Shown: piece by piece, positions 7,999 through 17,588 of the stretch | Position numbering within the stretch: position 1 is the first letter of the stretch | How the letters are laid out: each line of letters begins with the position of its first letter | Assembly (NCBI GenBank): GCA_965242635.1 | Contig: OZ251471.1 | Location: 331,388-395,387 of the forward strand | Direction of reading: 5' to 3' | Length of the DNA: 64,000 nt | Source: Bdellovibrionales bacterium | GTDB taxonomy: Bacteria > Bdellovibrionota > Bdellovibrionia > Bdellovibrionales > UBA1609 | Made by a program: the position numbers and the translations under genes | The notes under the pieces: generated by a model | What the model saw: the letters and a program-made list of their open reading frames with translations, nothing else | The model's database searches: none | What the model was told of the DNA's origin: nothing

Positions 7999-8013
7999 AG
8001 CCCCCTTGGGGCT
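7999..8013 (-). terminator. hairpin overlapping the kinase stop codon (possible terminator)
   Basis: The minus strand reads AGCCCC-AAG-GGGGCT followed by TGTTTGTCT. Confidence 0.3.
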
Positions 8014-9733
8014 AACTGGCTTTGCGGGCCAGCTCTCCGGGGACCGGGTTGGAATTGAGGGGAAAGCGAATGTCAAAAATAGTGCCCCCTCCCTCCACAG
8101 GCTGATGTGATATAAACCCTTTGTAAAACAGCACCAATTTACGGGCTATGGAAAGCCCAAGGCCACTTCCTTTGGCTTTTTTGGAATAAAAAGGCTCATA
8201 TATAAAGGGCTTGTCCTCATCACTGATGCCAGAGCCTGTGTCCTTGACCCGAATCACCACCCATTCCCCATCATCAAAGCTCTCCAAAGTGAGAAAACCC
8301 TCTTTTTGACCGGCCATGGCCTCGCAGGCGTTCTTGACCACATTCCAAAAGACCTGCTTGAATTTGTCTGCCCGCCCCTCCACCAGGCCATGTGCCTTTA
8401 AAGTGGCATGGTGTTTGATATGATCCCAGCGGGGGTTGACCCGCACACTGTCCAAAAGCTCCTCCAATACAGAGTTGACCTCCACTATCTCCGTCTTCAA
8501 ATTCTTAAGCGTGTTCTCGTCAGAAGTATAGCTTAAAAATTCCCCTATAATACTGTTCAACCGGCTGATCTCACGCAAAGCCATGTCCATCAGTCTTTTG
8601 TTTTCTGCTTTGTTTTTATTGTCCAGATCCAAAAGTTGAATACTGCCCCCCACACTGGAAAGAGGGTTTCGAATCTCATGGGCTATGCCCACAGCCATGC
8701 GTCCAATACCTGCCAGTTTTTCCCTCTCCCGTGCCTTTTTTTCCAAAGACCTTGCCTCAGTCCAATCCTGAAACAAAACCAAATGCTTTTGTCTCCCTGA
8801 AGACTCTGCCCCCTTAATGGGAGATAAAAAAACCTCTATTGTTTTCTTTTCCGTCTCTGCCTGACACTCCAGCTCCATCCGACTGACATCTTTTTTGTTC
8901 TCAGACACAAGGCTCTCCCTCAATTCAGGAAAAACCTGCCGAAGAGGGGCGGAAAAACCAGGCGGAAGCCCCAATATTTTTCGGGCCTGGGGGTTGGAAT
9001 GAATAATGTGCATGTCCTCATCCAAAATAAAAAGCCCCATGCTCATGTTTTCCACTATCAGCTCGTTCAGATTTTCCAGCTGATCGGTCATTTTGTCACC
9101 CAAACCAATAAGCCAATCCCTCTCCTTTGCCTGAACACCAAAAAAACCGCTTAAGCCCGCCACAGCCATAAATCCCACATTGTTTAACACAAAAGCAAAA
9201 ACCAGAGACGAATAACTTTCCACCAAAGCCGGCTCAAAAAGCAAAACACAGGAAAACAAAAAAGACACCCAAAGTCCCTGAGCCAAAGCCCCCCTATACT
9301 GCCACAACAAACCTGCACCAAAAATACTCAGCATATATATAAAGCTCAAAACAGACGCAAGGGCCGGCAAAGCCACCCCAAGACACAAAGTCAAAAGGGC
9401 TGTATCCAAAGCCACCCACAAGCCCCCAAAGGGAGAGGCAAGACGAGTTTGACTCCTCTGCTCAAAGCTATGTGCCCGGAAGTCCCCCTGCTCAGAACGC
9501 CCGGACCCTCCATAGCAAAAGGAGTAAAAAAATATAAAATCCATGGCAAAACAGACAAACAGGCACATATAAGCCCAAACCCATGTGGTGGCATTTAAAA
9601 ACAAAGGTTGTGCAAACTGATAAGCCACAAAACCCACCAACAGAAGGGAGTGGACCGCCATCAAAAAAGAGCGAACCAAAAACAACCGGTTATAAGTCAA
9701 ATCCCTCGTGTTTTTCAAAGTCAGGCTTTGCAT
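8012..9733 (-). CDS. pilS: PilS-like sensor histidine kinase (multi-TM N-terminus, PAS, HisKA, HATPase)
   Basis: H-box GIAHEIRNPLSS. N/G boxes VFWNVVKNACEA, DTGSGI and GSGLGLSIA. Directly downstream of pilC. Confidence 0.75.
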   Translation of the reverse strand: MQSLTLKNTRDLTYNRLFLVRSFLMAVHSLLLVGFVAYQFAQPLFLNATTWVWAYMCLFVCFAMDFIFFYSFCYGGSGRSEQGDFRAHSFEQRSQTRLASPFGGLWVALDTALLTLCLGVALPALASVLSFIYMLSIFGAGLLWQYRGALAQGLWVSFLFSCVLLFEPALVESYSSLVFAFVLNNVGFMAVAGLSGFFGVQAKERDWLIGLGDKMTDQLENLNELIVENMSMGLFILDEDMHIIHSNPQARKILGLPPGFSAPLRQVFPELRESLVSENKKDVSRMELECQAETEKKTIEVFLSPIKGAESSGRQKHLVLFQDWTEARSLEKKAREREKLAGIGRMAVGIAHEIRNPLSSVGGSIQLLDLDNKNKAENKRLMDMALREISRLNSIIGEFLSYTSDENTLKNLKTEIVEVNSVLEELLDSVRVNPRWDHIKHHATLKAHGLVEGRADKFKQVFWNVVKNACEAMAGQKEGFLTLESFDDGEWVVIRVKDTGSGISDEDKPFIYEPFYSKKAKGSGLGLSIARKLVLFYKGFISHQPVEGGGTIFDIRFPLNSNPVPGELARKAS

Positions 9734-9734
9734 T

Positions 9735-10949
9735 TTAACCTCCTCCTGCTATGATGCCCGGCATCTTAAAAATGGGAACATATATGGAAATAACAATAAA
9801 GCCAATAAGGCCTCCCAGAAACACAATCAAAAAGGGCTGTATCAGATCGGAAATGGCACTGGTGGTGGTTTTCACCTGCTCTTCATAAAACTCTGCCACT
9901 TTTTCCAGTGTGGCATCTATATTGCCTGTTTCCTCCCCAATGGCCACCATGTTGGACACCAAAACCGGAATCACTCTCTCCTTTCTGAGAGACTGTGCCA
10001 CCGGTTTCCCTTTTATCACTTTGTCTTTGACATTCTGAATGGCCTTTTCCACAAAAAAATTATTGGAGGTCAAAGCAGAGGTGTTTAAGGCATCGGCCGC
10101 ACTCACCCCCCCCGCCAGCAGACAGGCCAAAGTTTTGCTGAAACGGGCCAGGCTGTTTTTTAAAACCAAAGGCCCTATCACCGGTGTCAACATGAGCAGT
10201 TGATCCTTCATGGCACGCCCGGCCGGTGAACGAAGATACATGATAAAAACAAAGGGAAGAAAGAAAAACAAAAGGCCCACAATAATAAAATGATTTCGAA
10301 GGGCATAGCTGGCCCCCACCAGTATTTTGGTGCTGAGGGGGAGTTCCACCTTGGAAGAGGCAAAAATATCAATAAATTTGGGTATGACCATAACCATAAT
10401 GGCCACAATAACCCCTATGCCTGTAACCAAAACAAAGCTGGGATACATCATGGCCTTTTTCACTTTTGATTTGAGTTTCTCACTTTCCTCTATATATTCC
10501 GCCAGACGACTCAACATGACATCCAGACTGCCCCCCACCTCCCCTGCAGAAATCATGCTGACATACATGGAAGAAAAGACCCCCGGTTGACTGGCCAAAG
10601 CGAAAGCGAAAGTGCTCCCTCCCTCCACACTGTTAATCAATTCGGTAATCACCAACTTAAGCTTGACATGTTGAGCAATTTCACGGACTATTCTGAGAGA
10701 CTGCACCAAAGGCACCCCGGCATTGATCAAAAAAGCCAGCTGTCGTGTAAAAATAACCAAATACTTGGAAGGGAGGCCTCCACCAGATCCACTGCCCAGA
10801 TTAAAAATGGATTTGTCCATTTCAATATGAACAGGTTCCAGGTTTTTGGCCCTGAGCATGCGGATGGCCTGGTTTTTGTTTTTGGCCTTCAGCTTGGCGG
10901 AAAACATCTTTCCGTCAGGTTTTTTGGCTTTAAAGGAAAAAGTATACAT
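9735..10949 (-). CDS. pilC: type IV pilus platform protein PilC (GspF family)
   Basis: 404 aa with two GspF-type repeats (e.g. SAGEVGGSLDVML, AIGEETGNIDATL). Position is after pilT. Confidence 0.9.
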   Translation of the reverse strand: MYTFSFKAKKPDGKMFSAKLKAKNKNQAIRMLRAKNLEPVHIEMDKSIFNLGSGSGGGLPSKYLVIFTRQLAFLINAGVPLVQSLRIVREIAQHVKLKLVITELINSVEGGSTFAFALASQPGVFSSMYVSMISAGEVGGSLDVMLSRLAEYIEESEKLKSKVKKAMMYPSFVLVTGIGVIVAIMVMVIPKFIDIFASSKVELPLSTKILVGASYALRNHFIIVGLLFFFLPFVFIMYLRSPAGRAMKDQLLMLTPVIGPLVLKNSLARFSKTLACLLAGGVSAADALNTSALTSNNFFVEKAIQNVKDKVIKGKPVAQSLRKERVIPVLVSNMVAIGEETGNIDATLEKVAEFYEEQVKTTTSAISDLIQPFLIVFLGGLIGFIVISIYVPIFKMPGIIAGGG

Positions 10950-10963
10950 TATGTTACCTCTTT

Positions 10964-12049
10964 TTATCCTGCCCGTCGAAAGTTCTGACGCGCTTTGGAC
11001 ATCATGTCGTTCAGTTCATTTGGCTCATAGCTGACAGACAAAGCGGCTTCCTCGCTCACCAGCCCCTTCTGCAAAAGCCCCACCAAAGACTGATTTAATG
11101 TCAACATCCCCAAAGCTTTTTGTGTCTGCATAATGCTGTAAATTTGTTGTTGTTTTCCCTCTTTTATCAGGTTCCGGATGGCCGGAGGAAACAACAACAC
11201 CTCCACAGCTGGCACCCTGGCTTTTCCATCCACAGTGGGGAGAAGCTTTTGGGATATAACCCCCTGCAAAACCTGAGACAGTTGATTTTGTGTTTTTTGC
11301 CTTTCATCTCCACTGAACATGCCTGTCATTCTCTCTATGGTCTGGCTGGCGTTGTTGGTGTGAAGTGTGCCAAAAGTGAGGTGGCCTGTTTCCGCTATAT
11401 GCAGGGCGGTTTCCACCGTCTCTTTGTCCCGCATCTCACCCAAAAGGCATATATCCGGATCCAAACGCAAAGCGGCCCTCAGAGATTGATGAAAGGTGGG
11501 GGCATCAAACCCAATCTCCCTTTGGTTTACAAGCGATTTTTGGTGGCTGTAAATAAACTCTATAGGGTCTTCAATGGTTAAAATATGAGATTTGCGGGTT
11601 TTGTTTATCTCGTTCAGCATGGAAGCCAAAGTGGTGGTTTTTCCACTCCCCGTAGGCCCTGTCACCAAAATCAGCCCAAAAGGCTTTTTGCTCAATTCAA
11701 ACAAAATGGAGGGAAGGCCCAGGTCGTTTATGGAGGGAATCAGCATGGGGATTTGACGAAAACAGCCCGCCACAGATCTTTTTTGATAATAAATATGCCC
11801 CCGAAACCGTGCAGAGTTGTCAATGGAAAAACTGAAATCCAGGTCTTTGTCCACCTCCACCTGAGCTTTTTGCTCATCCGTCAGAAGAGTGTAGCAAAGA
11901 TCTTTGCTCTGCCTGGGATTTAAAGGGTCCACATTCAGGCGGACAATATCACCTCTGATCCTCAGGCTGGGCGGGGCCCCAGGGGTGATATGCACATCCG
12001 AGGCCTGCTCCCGCACGGCGGTTTTAAGAATTTGCACCATGGAAATCAT
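10964..12049 (-). CDS. pilT: twitching-motility retraction ATPase PilT
   Basis: ASDVHITPGAPPSLRIRG, Walker A GPTGSGKTTT and LVGEMRD-type LLGEMRD. 361 aa. Confidence 0.9.
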   Translation of the reverse strand: MISMVQILKTAVREQASDVHITPGAPPSLRIRGDIVRLNVDPLNPRQSKDLCYTLLTDEQKAQVEVDKDLDFSFSIDNSARFRGHIYYQKRSVAGCFRQIPMLIPSINDLGLPSILFELSKKPFGLILVTGPTGSGKTTTLASMLNEINKTRKSHILTIEDPIEFIYSHQKSLVNQREIGFDAPTFHQSLRAALRLDPDICLLGEMRDKETVETALHIAETGHLTFGTLHTNNASQTIERMTGMFSGDERQKTQNQLSQVLQGVISQKLLPTVDGKARVPAVEVLLFPPAIRNLIKEGKQQQIYSIMQTQKALGMLTLNQSLVGLLQKGLVSEEAALSVSYEPNELNDMMSKARQNFRRAG

Positions 12050-13833
12050 AGCCTGTCCTCCAGGGTTCCATACATAACCTCCTCAACAGAAGTTATGCCC
12101 GCACTCAATTTTTCCAGTGCACTCATCCTCAAAGTCTGCAGTTGGTCTTTTTCAATGGCAAGAGCCTTTAACTTCTTGGGGGAAAGCCCTTTAAAAATAC
12201 CTGTCTTCAACTCAGGAAATATCTCCAGAACTTCAAAAACAGCCACCCGGCCCTTGTAACCCGTGGAGTTGCAGTAACGGCAACCTTCCGCCTTCATCAC
12301 CTGAGATCTCACCGCCCCCGCCTTCTCTCTGGAAAAGCCCAGCTCCATTAAAGTCCTTATGCTGGGATTTTGAGGGATCTTGCATTGCTCACAAAGCACC
12401 CGCAAGAGCCTTTGAGCCACCACAATGGAGGTGTTGTCGGCCACACTGTAAGCAGGAAGCCCTATGTCCACCAAACGGGTAATGGTGGAGGTGGCGTCAT
12501 TGGTATGCAAAGTGCTGAGCACCAAGTGGCCTGTGGCAGAGGCCCGATAGGCTATCCGGGCGGTTTCCTCATCCCGTATTTCCCCCACCAAAATCACATC
12601 CGGATCCTGCCGGAGAAAAGAGCGAAGAACACTGGAAAAAGTAAGCCCTATTTTGGCGTTCACCTGCACCTGATTTATGCCATTGATTTTATACTCCACA
12701 GGATCCTCCACAGTGGCAATATTCCTGTGTGATTTGTTGAGGAGTTGCAGGCCCGAATAAATGGTGGTGGTTTTTCCACTCCCTGTAGGCCCTGTCATCA
12801 GTATCAACCCCTGACTCACACTTAAATGTTTTTTAAAGGCCTTGAGCTGGTTTTCATTCATGCCCAAATTGGTTATTTCCTGTCCAAGGGCAGAGGAATC
12901 CAGTATCCTCATCACCACTTTTTCCCCGTTGACCACGGGCATGGTGTTGACCCGGAAATTGATGATACTGCCATCCATTTTGATTTTCAGCCGTCCGTCC
13001 TGCGGCAGTCTCTTTTCACTGATGTCCAGATTGGAAATAACTTTTATACGACTGACTATGGAAGAGGCCAGCGACTTGGGAGGGTGAATATACTCAGACA
13101 AATGCCCATCCACTCTGAAACGAACACGGCAGACTTTTTCATAGACCTCAATATGGATGTCTGAACAATTCATGCGAACACTCTCTTTGATAATATGATT
13201 TACACTTTGAACAGCGGGGCTGTCTTTGATATGCTTGTTATGCAGGGCCTGTTCATTTTCCACTCCGTCCGGCTCTTCCTCCTCCATATCCATTTCCACC
13301 ACAGAAAACAGGTTTTTAATCTGATTGCCACTCTCCCCTTTATGATAAAAGGTGATCATCTTTTCAATTTCATCCCTTTCCCCCACCATCATTTCCACTT
13401 TGGAGTTGGTTAAAAGAGATACATCATCCCTGGCCTGCATATCTCCAGGATCAGAAAAAGCCACTATAAGGGTCCCTTCCACCTCCATGACCGGAATGAG
13501 ACCATATTTTTCACAAATTCTTCTGGGAATTTTCAACACCACCTTGGGATCAATCTCAAACTCAGAAAATTGGATCTTTTGCAGATGATGTTCCTTTGCC
13601 ATCAAATCGGCTATCTGCTTGTTGGAATACTGCTTGGAATCAAAAACAGAGTTTAAAAACTCCCTTCTGTCCTTCCCGGCCATGGCACAGATCCTGGACC
13701 ATTGCTTTTTGGGTAAAATATCCCATTTTTTTTTGTCTCTCTCCTGGACCTGTGCTCTTTTGTGCTTGATCAGAGCCTGTGTTTTCACATGGTCCGGCTT
13801 TTGAGTGGCCTGTTTTGCTCTCATTGGTCTCAT
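12046..13833 (-). CDS. pilB: type IV pilus assembly ATPase PilB (GspE family)
   Basis: T2SSE N-domain. Walker A GPTGSGKTTT. Tetracysteine CEQC...CRYC. ATGA overlap with pilT. The true start may be internal. Confidence 0.9.
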   Translation of the reverse strand: MRPMRAKQATQKPDHVKTQALIKHKRAQVQERDKKKWDILPKKQWSRICAMAGKDRREFLNSVFDSKQYSNKQIADLMAKEHHLQKIQFSEFEIDPKVVLKIPRRICEKYGLIPVMEVEGTLIVAFSDPGDMQARDDVSLLTNSKVEMMVGERDEIEKMITFYHKGESGNQIKNLFSVVEMDMEEEEPDGVENEQALHNKHIKDSPAVQSVNHIIKESVRMNCSDIHIEVYEKVCRVRFRVDGHLSEYIHPPKSLASSIVSRIKVISNLDISEKRLPQDGRLKIKMDGSIINFRVNTMPVVNGEKVVMRILDSSALGQEITNLGMNENQLKAFKKHLSVSQGLILMTGPTGSGKTTTIYSGLQLLNKSHRNIATVEDPVEYKINGINQVQVNAKIGLTFSSVLRSFLRQDPDVILVGEIRDEETARIAYRASATGHLVLSTLHTNDATSTITRLVDIGLPAYSVADNTSIVVAQRLLRVLCEQCKIPQNPSIRTLMELGFSREKAGAVRSQVMKAEGCRYCNSTGYKGRVAVFEVLEIFPELKTGIFKGLSPKKLKALAIEKDQLQTLRMSALEKLSAGITSVEEVMYGTLEDRL

Positions 13834-14030
13834 CTCTTTCCTGTGCTGTCCTGATCCTCATTTTCATGGGGACAGGGGTTCATGGTTCATATTTTTTTTT
13901 GCCTGTTCAAAGAAAACCCGTCCAAAGTCCTGTCCTTTTCAGGGCTGGCTAAAAAATGTATCGGCAGGTTTTGACAGGAAAATAAAATTTTTTTGTCTTT
14001 TTGAGCTTTTTTTTTGATTTGAGGGACTTT

Positions 14031-14855
14031 TTATCCCTGCTGAGCGAAGTGAAAAAAGGACTTTATAAGCTTTTTAAAGCAGGGCTTGAATTTTTCCTGA
14101 ATAATGGCCACAGATTCCCCCAAACCCGTGGCCATATTGGTTATTACGGAAAAAGCACTCACCCGGGCCCGGGAGTAGTGCAGGGCCATGACCTCCCATA
14201 CAGTGGACATGCCCACCACATCCGCCCCCCACCCGGCAAACAAAGCCACCTCGGCCGGTGTTTCAAACTGAGGGCCTGAAACACCCACATAGACCCCTTT
14301 TTGCACATTCAGGCCCTGTTTTTGCATCTCCGTCATGACCCTCCGGGAAGTGGGCATGTGATAGGCCTGGTCCATGTCCAAAAAATAAAAGCCTTCCTCA
14401 TGGGTCAGGCCCGTAAGAGGGCTTTGCCCCGTCAGGTTAATATGATCCTTTATGGCCACCACAGTGCCCGGCCTTAAGTCTTTTTTTAAGGAACCGGAAA
14501 TATTGGAGAGCACAAAGTTTTTTGTGCCGGCACACCTTGGACCTGTCACTGTGTAGACGGCTTCCCCGGCTTTTACACCCTCATAGCCATGCAGACGGCC
14601 ACACTGAAAGCAAATGCTTTTGTTTTTAGATTTATGGTGAAAATAGGTATAAGTGCCCGCATGAGAGGGGGCAGAAGGCAGGTTCAGGCCCGGTATTTCC
14701 GAAAAAGCCACACTCCCCTTCCGTTCCCACCCCGGATGAAAAATATTTTTCAGCTCAGCCCCAATTAAGGAACCCAGCACAAAATGCCACTCCGGCACAG
14801 GAATGCCCAGCTCCCGGTATTTGCTCAAAAATTTTTTCCTGAAGGTCTCTTCCAT
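14031..14855 (-). CDS. purine nucleoside phosphorylase (PNP/MTAP family 2)
   Basis: GVSGPQFETPAEV and GADVVGMSTVWEV. The ORF-track start at 14888 lies inside an R1 copy, so the start at MEETFRKK is preferred. Confidence 0.8.
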   Translation of the reverse strand: MEETFRKKFLSKYRELGIPVPEWHFVLGSLIGAELKNIFHPGWERKGSVAFSEIPGLNLPSAPSHAGTYTYFHHKSKNKSICFQCGRLHGYEGVKAGEAVYTVTGPRCAGTKNFVLSNISGSLKKDLRPGTVVAIKDHINLTGQSPLTGLTHEEGFYFLDMDQAYHMPTSRRVMTEMQKQGLNVQKGVYVGVSGPQFETPAEVALFAGWGADVVGMSTVWEVMALHYSRARVSAFSVITNMATGLGESVAIIQEKFKPCFKKLIKSFFHFAQQG

Positions 14856-14872
14856 GTCATCCGGCCCCTTTC

Positions 14873-14957
14873 TTGTTTGAAAATGCATGCTTCAAATTTC
14901 CCAGACAGGAGGGAAAAACCTCACAAGCGACACCTTTTTCAAAACCAGTTTGGTTTG
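14873..14957 (+). repeat. R1 element, short copy lacking the GC hairpin (subfamily b)
   Basis: CTTGTTTGAAAATGCATGCTTCAAATTTCCCAGACAGGAGGGAAAAACCTCACAAGCGACACCTTTTTCAAAACCAGTTTGGTTT. Confidence 0.8.
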
Positions 14958-15164
14958 CTTTTTGTTTTTTCCTTGACTTGACCCTTTTTTTGAAATACTT
15001 TTTAATTGCCACTAAGAACCTCTGTTGCTGTTGGCTGAACAGAGATTAACAGGAAAAATTCTTTTTTCAGGGGCGACTACTTTATGGTTCATGGTTCGCC
15101 GGCCCTATAAAAAAGTGTCTTCAGCAATGTATACCATACCTCTTTGAGACAGGGAAAGCCTATT

Positions 15165-15947
15165 ATGTTAAAAATTCAGGACCTGTATGTGCGGACAGCC
15201 CCCACAGAAACCACCTCTTCCACCACAGAAAATACCAGCCCATGTATTTTAAAAGGCATCAACATGGAGATAAAGGAGGGGGAGATCCATGCCATCATGG
15301 GGCCCAATGGTTCGGGCAAAAGCACTTTGGCCAAAGTCCTGGCCGGTCACCCCGAATACGAAATAAGCCAGGGGCAAATTCTCTACCAAAAAGACTTTGA
15401 TTACCAAAATATCAATGGCTGGTCGCCCGACAAAAGAAGCAAAGAAGGCCTGTTTATGGCCTTTCAATACCCGGTGGAGGTGCCAGGGGTGAGTAACTTT
15501 CAATTTTTGCGTGCCTCTTTCCAGGCCCTGAGCCGGCACCAGGGGGCCATGGAAATGGCGGAAAAGGATTTTGTGTCCCTTGTGGAGGAAAAAGCCCGCC
15601 TGGTGGGCCTCCCCACCGCCTTTTTGTCCCGTTTCGTCAACGAAGACTTCTCCGGTGGAGAGAAAAAAAGAAATGAGATACTGCAAATGGCCCTTTTGTC
15701 CCCCCGACTGGCCATATTGGATGAAACCGATTCCGGCCTGGATGTGGACTCCCTCTCCACCGTGGCCCGGACTTTAAACAAACTTAAAAGTAAAACAAAA
15801 GCCTTTCTTTTCATCACCCATTACAACAGACTGCTGAATTATATTCAGCCCGATCGGGTGCACATTATGAAGGAAGGAACAATAAAACAGACCGGTGACC
15901 ACCACCTGGCCCTTGAATTGGAGAAAAAAGGCTATGCCCAATTCTAA
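15165..15947 (+). CDS. sufC: Fe-S cluster assembly ATPase SufC
   Basis: MLKIQDLYV..., GPNGSGKSTLAKVLAGHPEYE, SGGEKKRNEILQMA and LDETDSGLD. Confidence 0.9.
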   Translation: MLKIQDLYVRTAPTETTSSTTENTSPCILKGINMEIKEGEIHAIMGPNGSGKSTLAKVLAGHPEYEISQGQILYQKDFDYQNINGWSPDKRSKEGLFMAFQYPVEVPGVSNFQFLRASFQALSRHQGAMEMAEKDFVSLVEEKARLVGLPTAFLSRFVNEDFSGGEKKRNEILQMALLSPRLAILDETDSGLDVDSLSTVARTLNKLKSKTKAFLFITHYNRLLNYIQPDRVHIMKEGTIKQTGDHHLALELEKKGYAQF

Positions 15948-15990
15948 TTGGAAGGTATGGATGATCACTCTGAAAACAGAGAACCAGAAA

Positions 15991-16120
15991 TATACTGATC
16001 TTGTTTGAAAATGCCTGTTTCACATTTGCCTTGTGAGAGGAAAACAGCCCAAAAGTGGCACCCTTTTCAAAAGGCAGACCCCGCGGGGCAGGTTCTGCCT
16101 GCCCCGTGCCAGTTTGGTTT
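15991..16120 (+). repeat. R1 element, full copy (subfamily a) between sufC and sufD
   Basis: TATACTGATCTTGTTTGAAAATGCCTGTTTCACATTTGCCTTGTGAGAGGAAAACAGCCCAAAAGTGGCACCCTTTTCAAAAGGCAGACCCCGCGGGGCAGGTTCTGCCTGCCCCGTGCCAGTTTGGTTT. Confidence 0.9.
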
Positions 16121-16131
16121 AATTAAAGACA

Positions 16132-17157
16132 ATGAATGTAAAAAAGATATTTTTTCCTTTGGCTGAGCATAAAATCCACCTGCATAATGGAGTTTTGCAG
16201 GAATCCCCCTCCAACAGGAAGGATACCAACCAGCCCTTCCAGCTCTCTTTTCGGCCTCAAAAAGGCTATGACTTGATTGTGCCCAAAACAAACCAAACAA
16301 AACAGGTCCTGCATATCCATTGTTCCTTCGATAACAAAAATAAAACCGCAGAAGGCAAATCCCCCCACCAGAATATTAAAAACTCCCTGGTTTTGGAAGA
16401 AGGGGCCAGGCTCACTTTAATCGAAAGCTTTGAGCTAATGGCAGGGGCTGAGGTCCATTGCAGAACCCATGTCCAAAGCAGGCCCCACTCCTCCCTGGAT
16501 TGGCTGAATGTGAGCCAGGGAACACCTTCCTCCTTTCTGACTTGTGAGACCCAGGGCCATGTGGAATTTTCTGCCTCCATCAACCGGCTCAGCCTAACCT
16601 TAAGTGAAGGGACTTCCAGAGATTTTGTAACTATGCGTCATATTCAGGAGAGAGCTTATTCCGTTTTATTGGGCCTGGCTTTGCTCAAAAACAAAGCCGT
16701 CCAGGAGCAAAAATTTGACACACAGCATATAAAACCGGAGGCTTATTCCCGGCAATATTTCAGGGGCCTCCTCAACGACAGGGCCAGGAGTGATTTTCAT
16801 GGCCGTGTGGAGGTTTTGTCGGAGGCGGTTCAAACAGACTGTGCCCAGTCGGCCAGGAGTTTTTTGCTGAGTGAGACAGCACAGGCCCATACCCGGCCGG
16901 AAATGGAGATTCATTGTGGAGAGGTGAAGGCCAGGCATGGGGCCACCACCGGACAGCTGAACCAGGATGAGATGTTTTACCTTCAAAGCCGGGGATTAAA
17001 GCCGACAGAGGCCTTTGAAATGCTTGTCATGGCCCATGTTCAGGATATTTTGCGGTTTTTTCCTGAAAAACAGCTCAACAAAAGTCTTATGCAGGATCTC
17101 CAAAAAAACAAAAAAAATTATCTGAATTTATTGACAAAGGAAAAAACACCTTTATAA
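16132..17157 (+). CDS. sufD: Fe-S cluster assembly protein SufD (SufB/D family)
   Basis: C-terminal RPEMEIHCGEVKARHGATTGQLNQDEMFYLQSRGL is the SufB/D signature. Confidence 0.8.
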   Translation: MNVKKIFFPLAEHKIHLHNGVLQESPSNRKDTNQPFQLSFRPQKGYDLIVPKTNQTKQVLHIHCSFDNKNKTAEGKSPHQNIKNSLVLEEGARLTLIESFELMAGAEVHCRTHVQSRPHSSLDWLNVSQGTPSSFLTCETQGHVEFSASINRLSLTLSEGTSRDFVTMRHIQERAYSVLLGLALLKNKAVQEQKFDTQHIKPEAYSRQYFRGLLNDRARSDFHGRVEVLSEAVQTDCAQSARSFLLSETAQAHTRPEMEIHCGEVKARHGATTGQLNQDEMFYLQSRGLKPTEAFEMLVMAHVQDILRFFPEKQLNKSLMQDLQKNKKNYLNLLTKEKTPL

Positions 17158-17167
17158 AATACTGCTT

Positions 17168-17473
17168 ATGCAAAGGTCTCTATATTTCTTTTTGTTTTTT
17201 CTGATGGGGGCTTGTGAAACAGGCCCTTATCCGTCCATTAACGCCGAAACCGCTTACGGCAAGGAAGTTATCTCCGGCTCCTGTTCCGCCTGGAAAGATG
17301 GCTGTAATATTTATTGCCGGACAAGCACAAGTGTCAATTATGCGACTTATGCCAAAAAAGACAAATGCAATGATTCCGATGTCGTCCGCTCCCAGTGCAT
17401 AAGTGATACCCGGTATAAAGACACTTTGGAGGACGGCTGGTCTCTCACGGAAAATGCCGATCAATGTATATAA
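17168..17473 (+). CDS. small Cys-rich putative lipoprotein
   Basis: Signal/lipobox-like FFLMGAC. 8 Cys in 101 aa. Confidence 0.45.
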   Translation: MQRSLYFFLFFLMGACETGPYPSINAETAYGKEVISGSCSAWKDGCNIYCRTSTSVNYATYAKKDKCNDSDVVRSQCISDTRYKDTLEDGWSLTENADQCI

Positions 17474-17588
17474 TGAGTGTTCCCCGGCTTTATCCTCCCT
17501 TCCCTTTTCCCCGCCTTTTGTCCAGTCCAGCTCAAAGATATTGGACTTTTATCTCAAATTTTGTTTTTCTGGTCTTCAGGGGGTATTT

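Noticed and set aside
13877-15097. Shared 12-mer GGTTCATGGTTC (a tandem heptamer) upstream of pilB (13877-13888) and upstream of sufC (15086-15097), considered as a common operator
   Set aside because: A single shared 12-mer is expected many times by chance in 64 kb. There is no additional flanking similarity.
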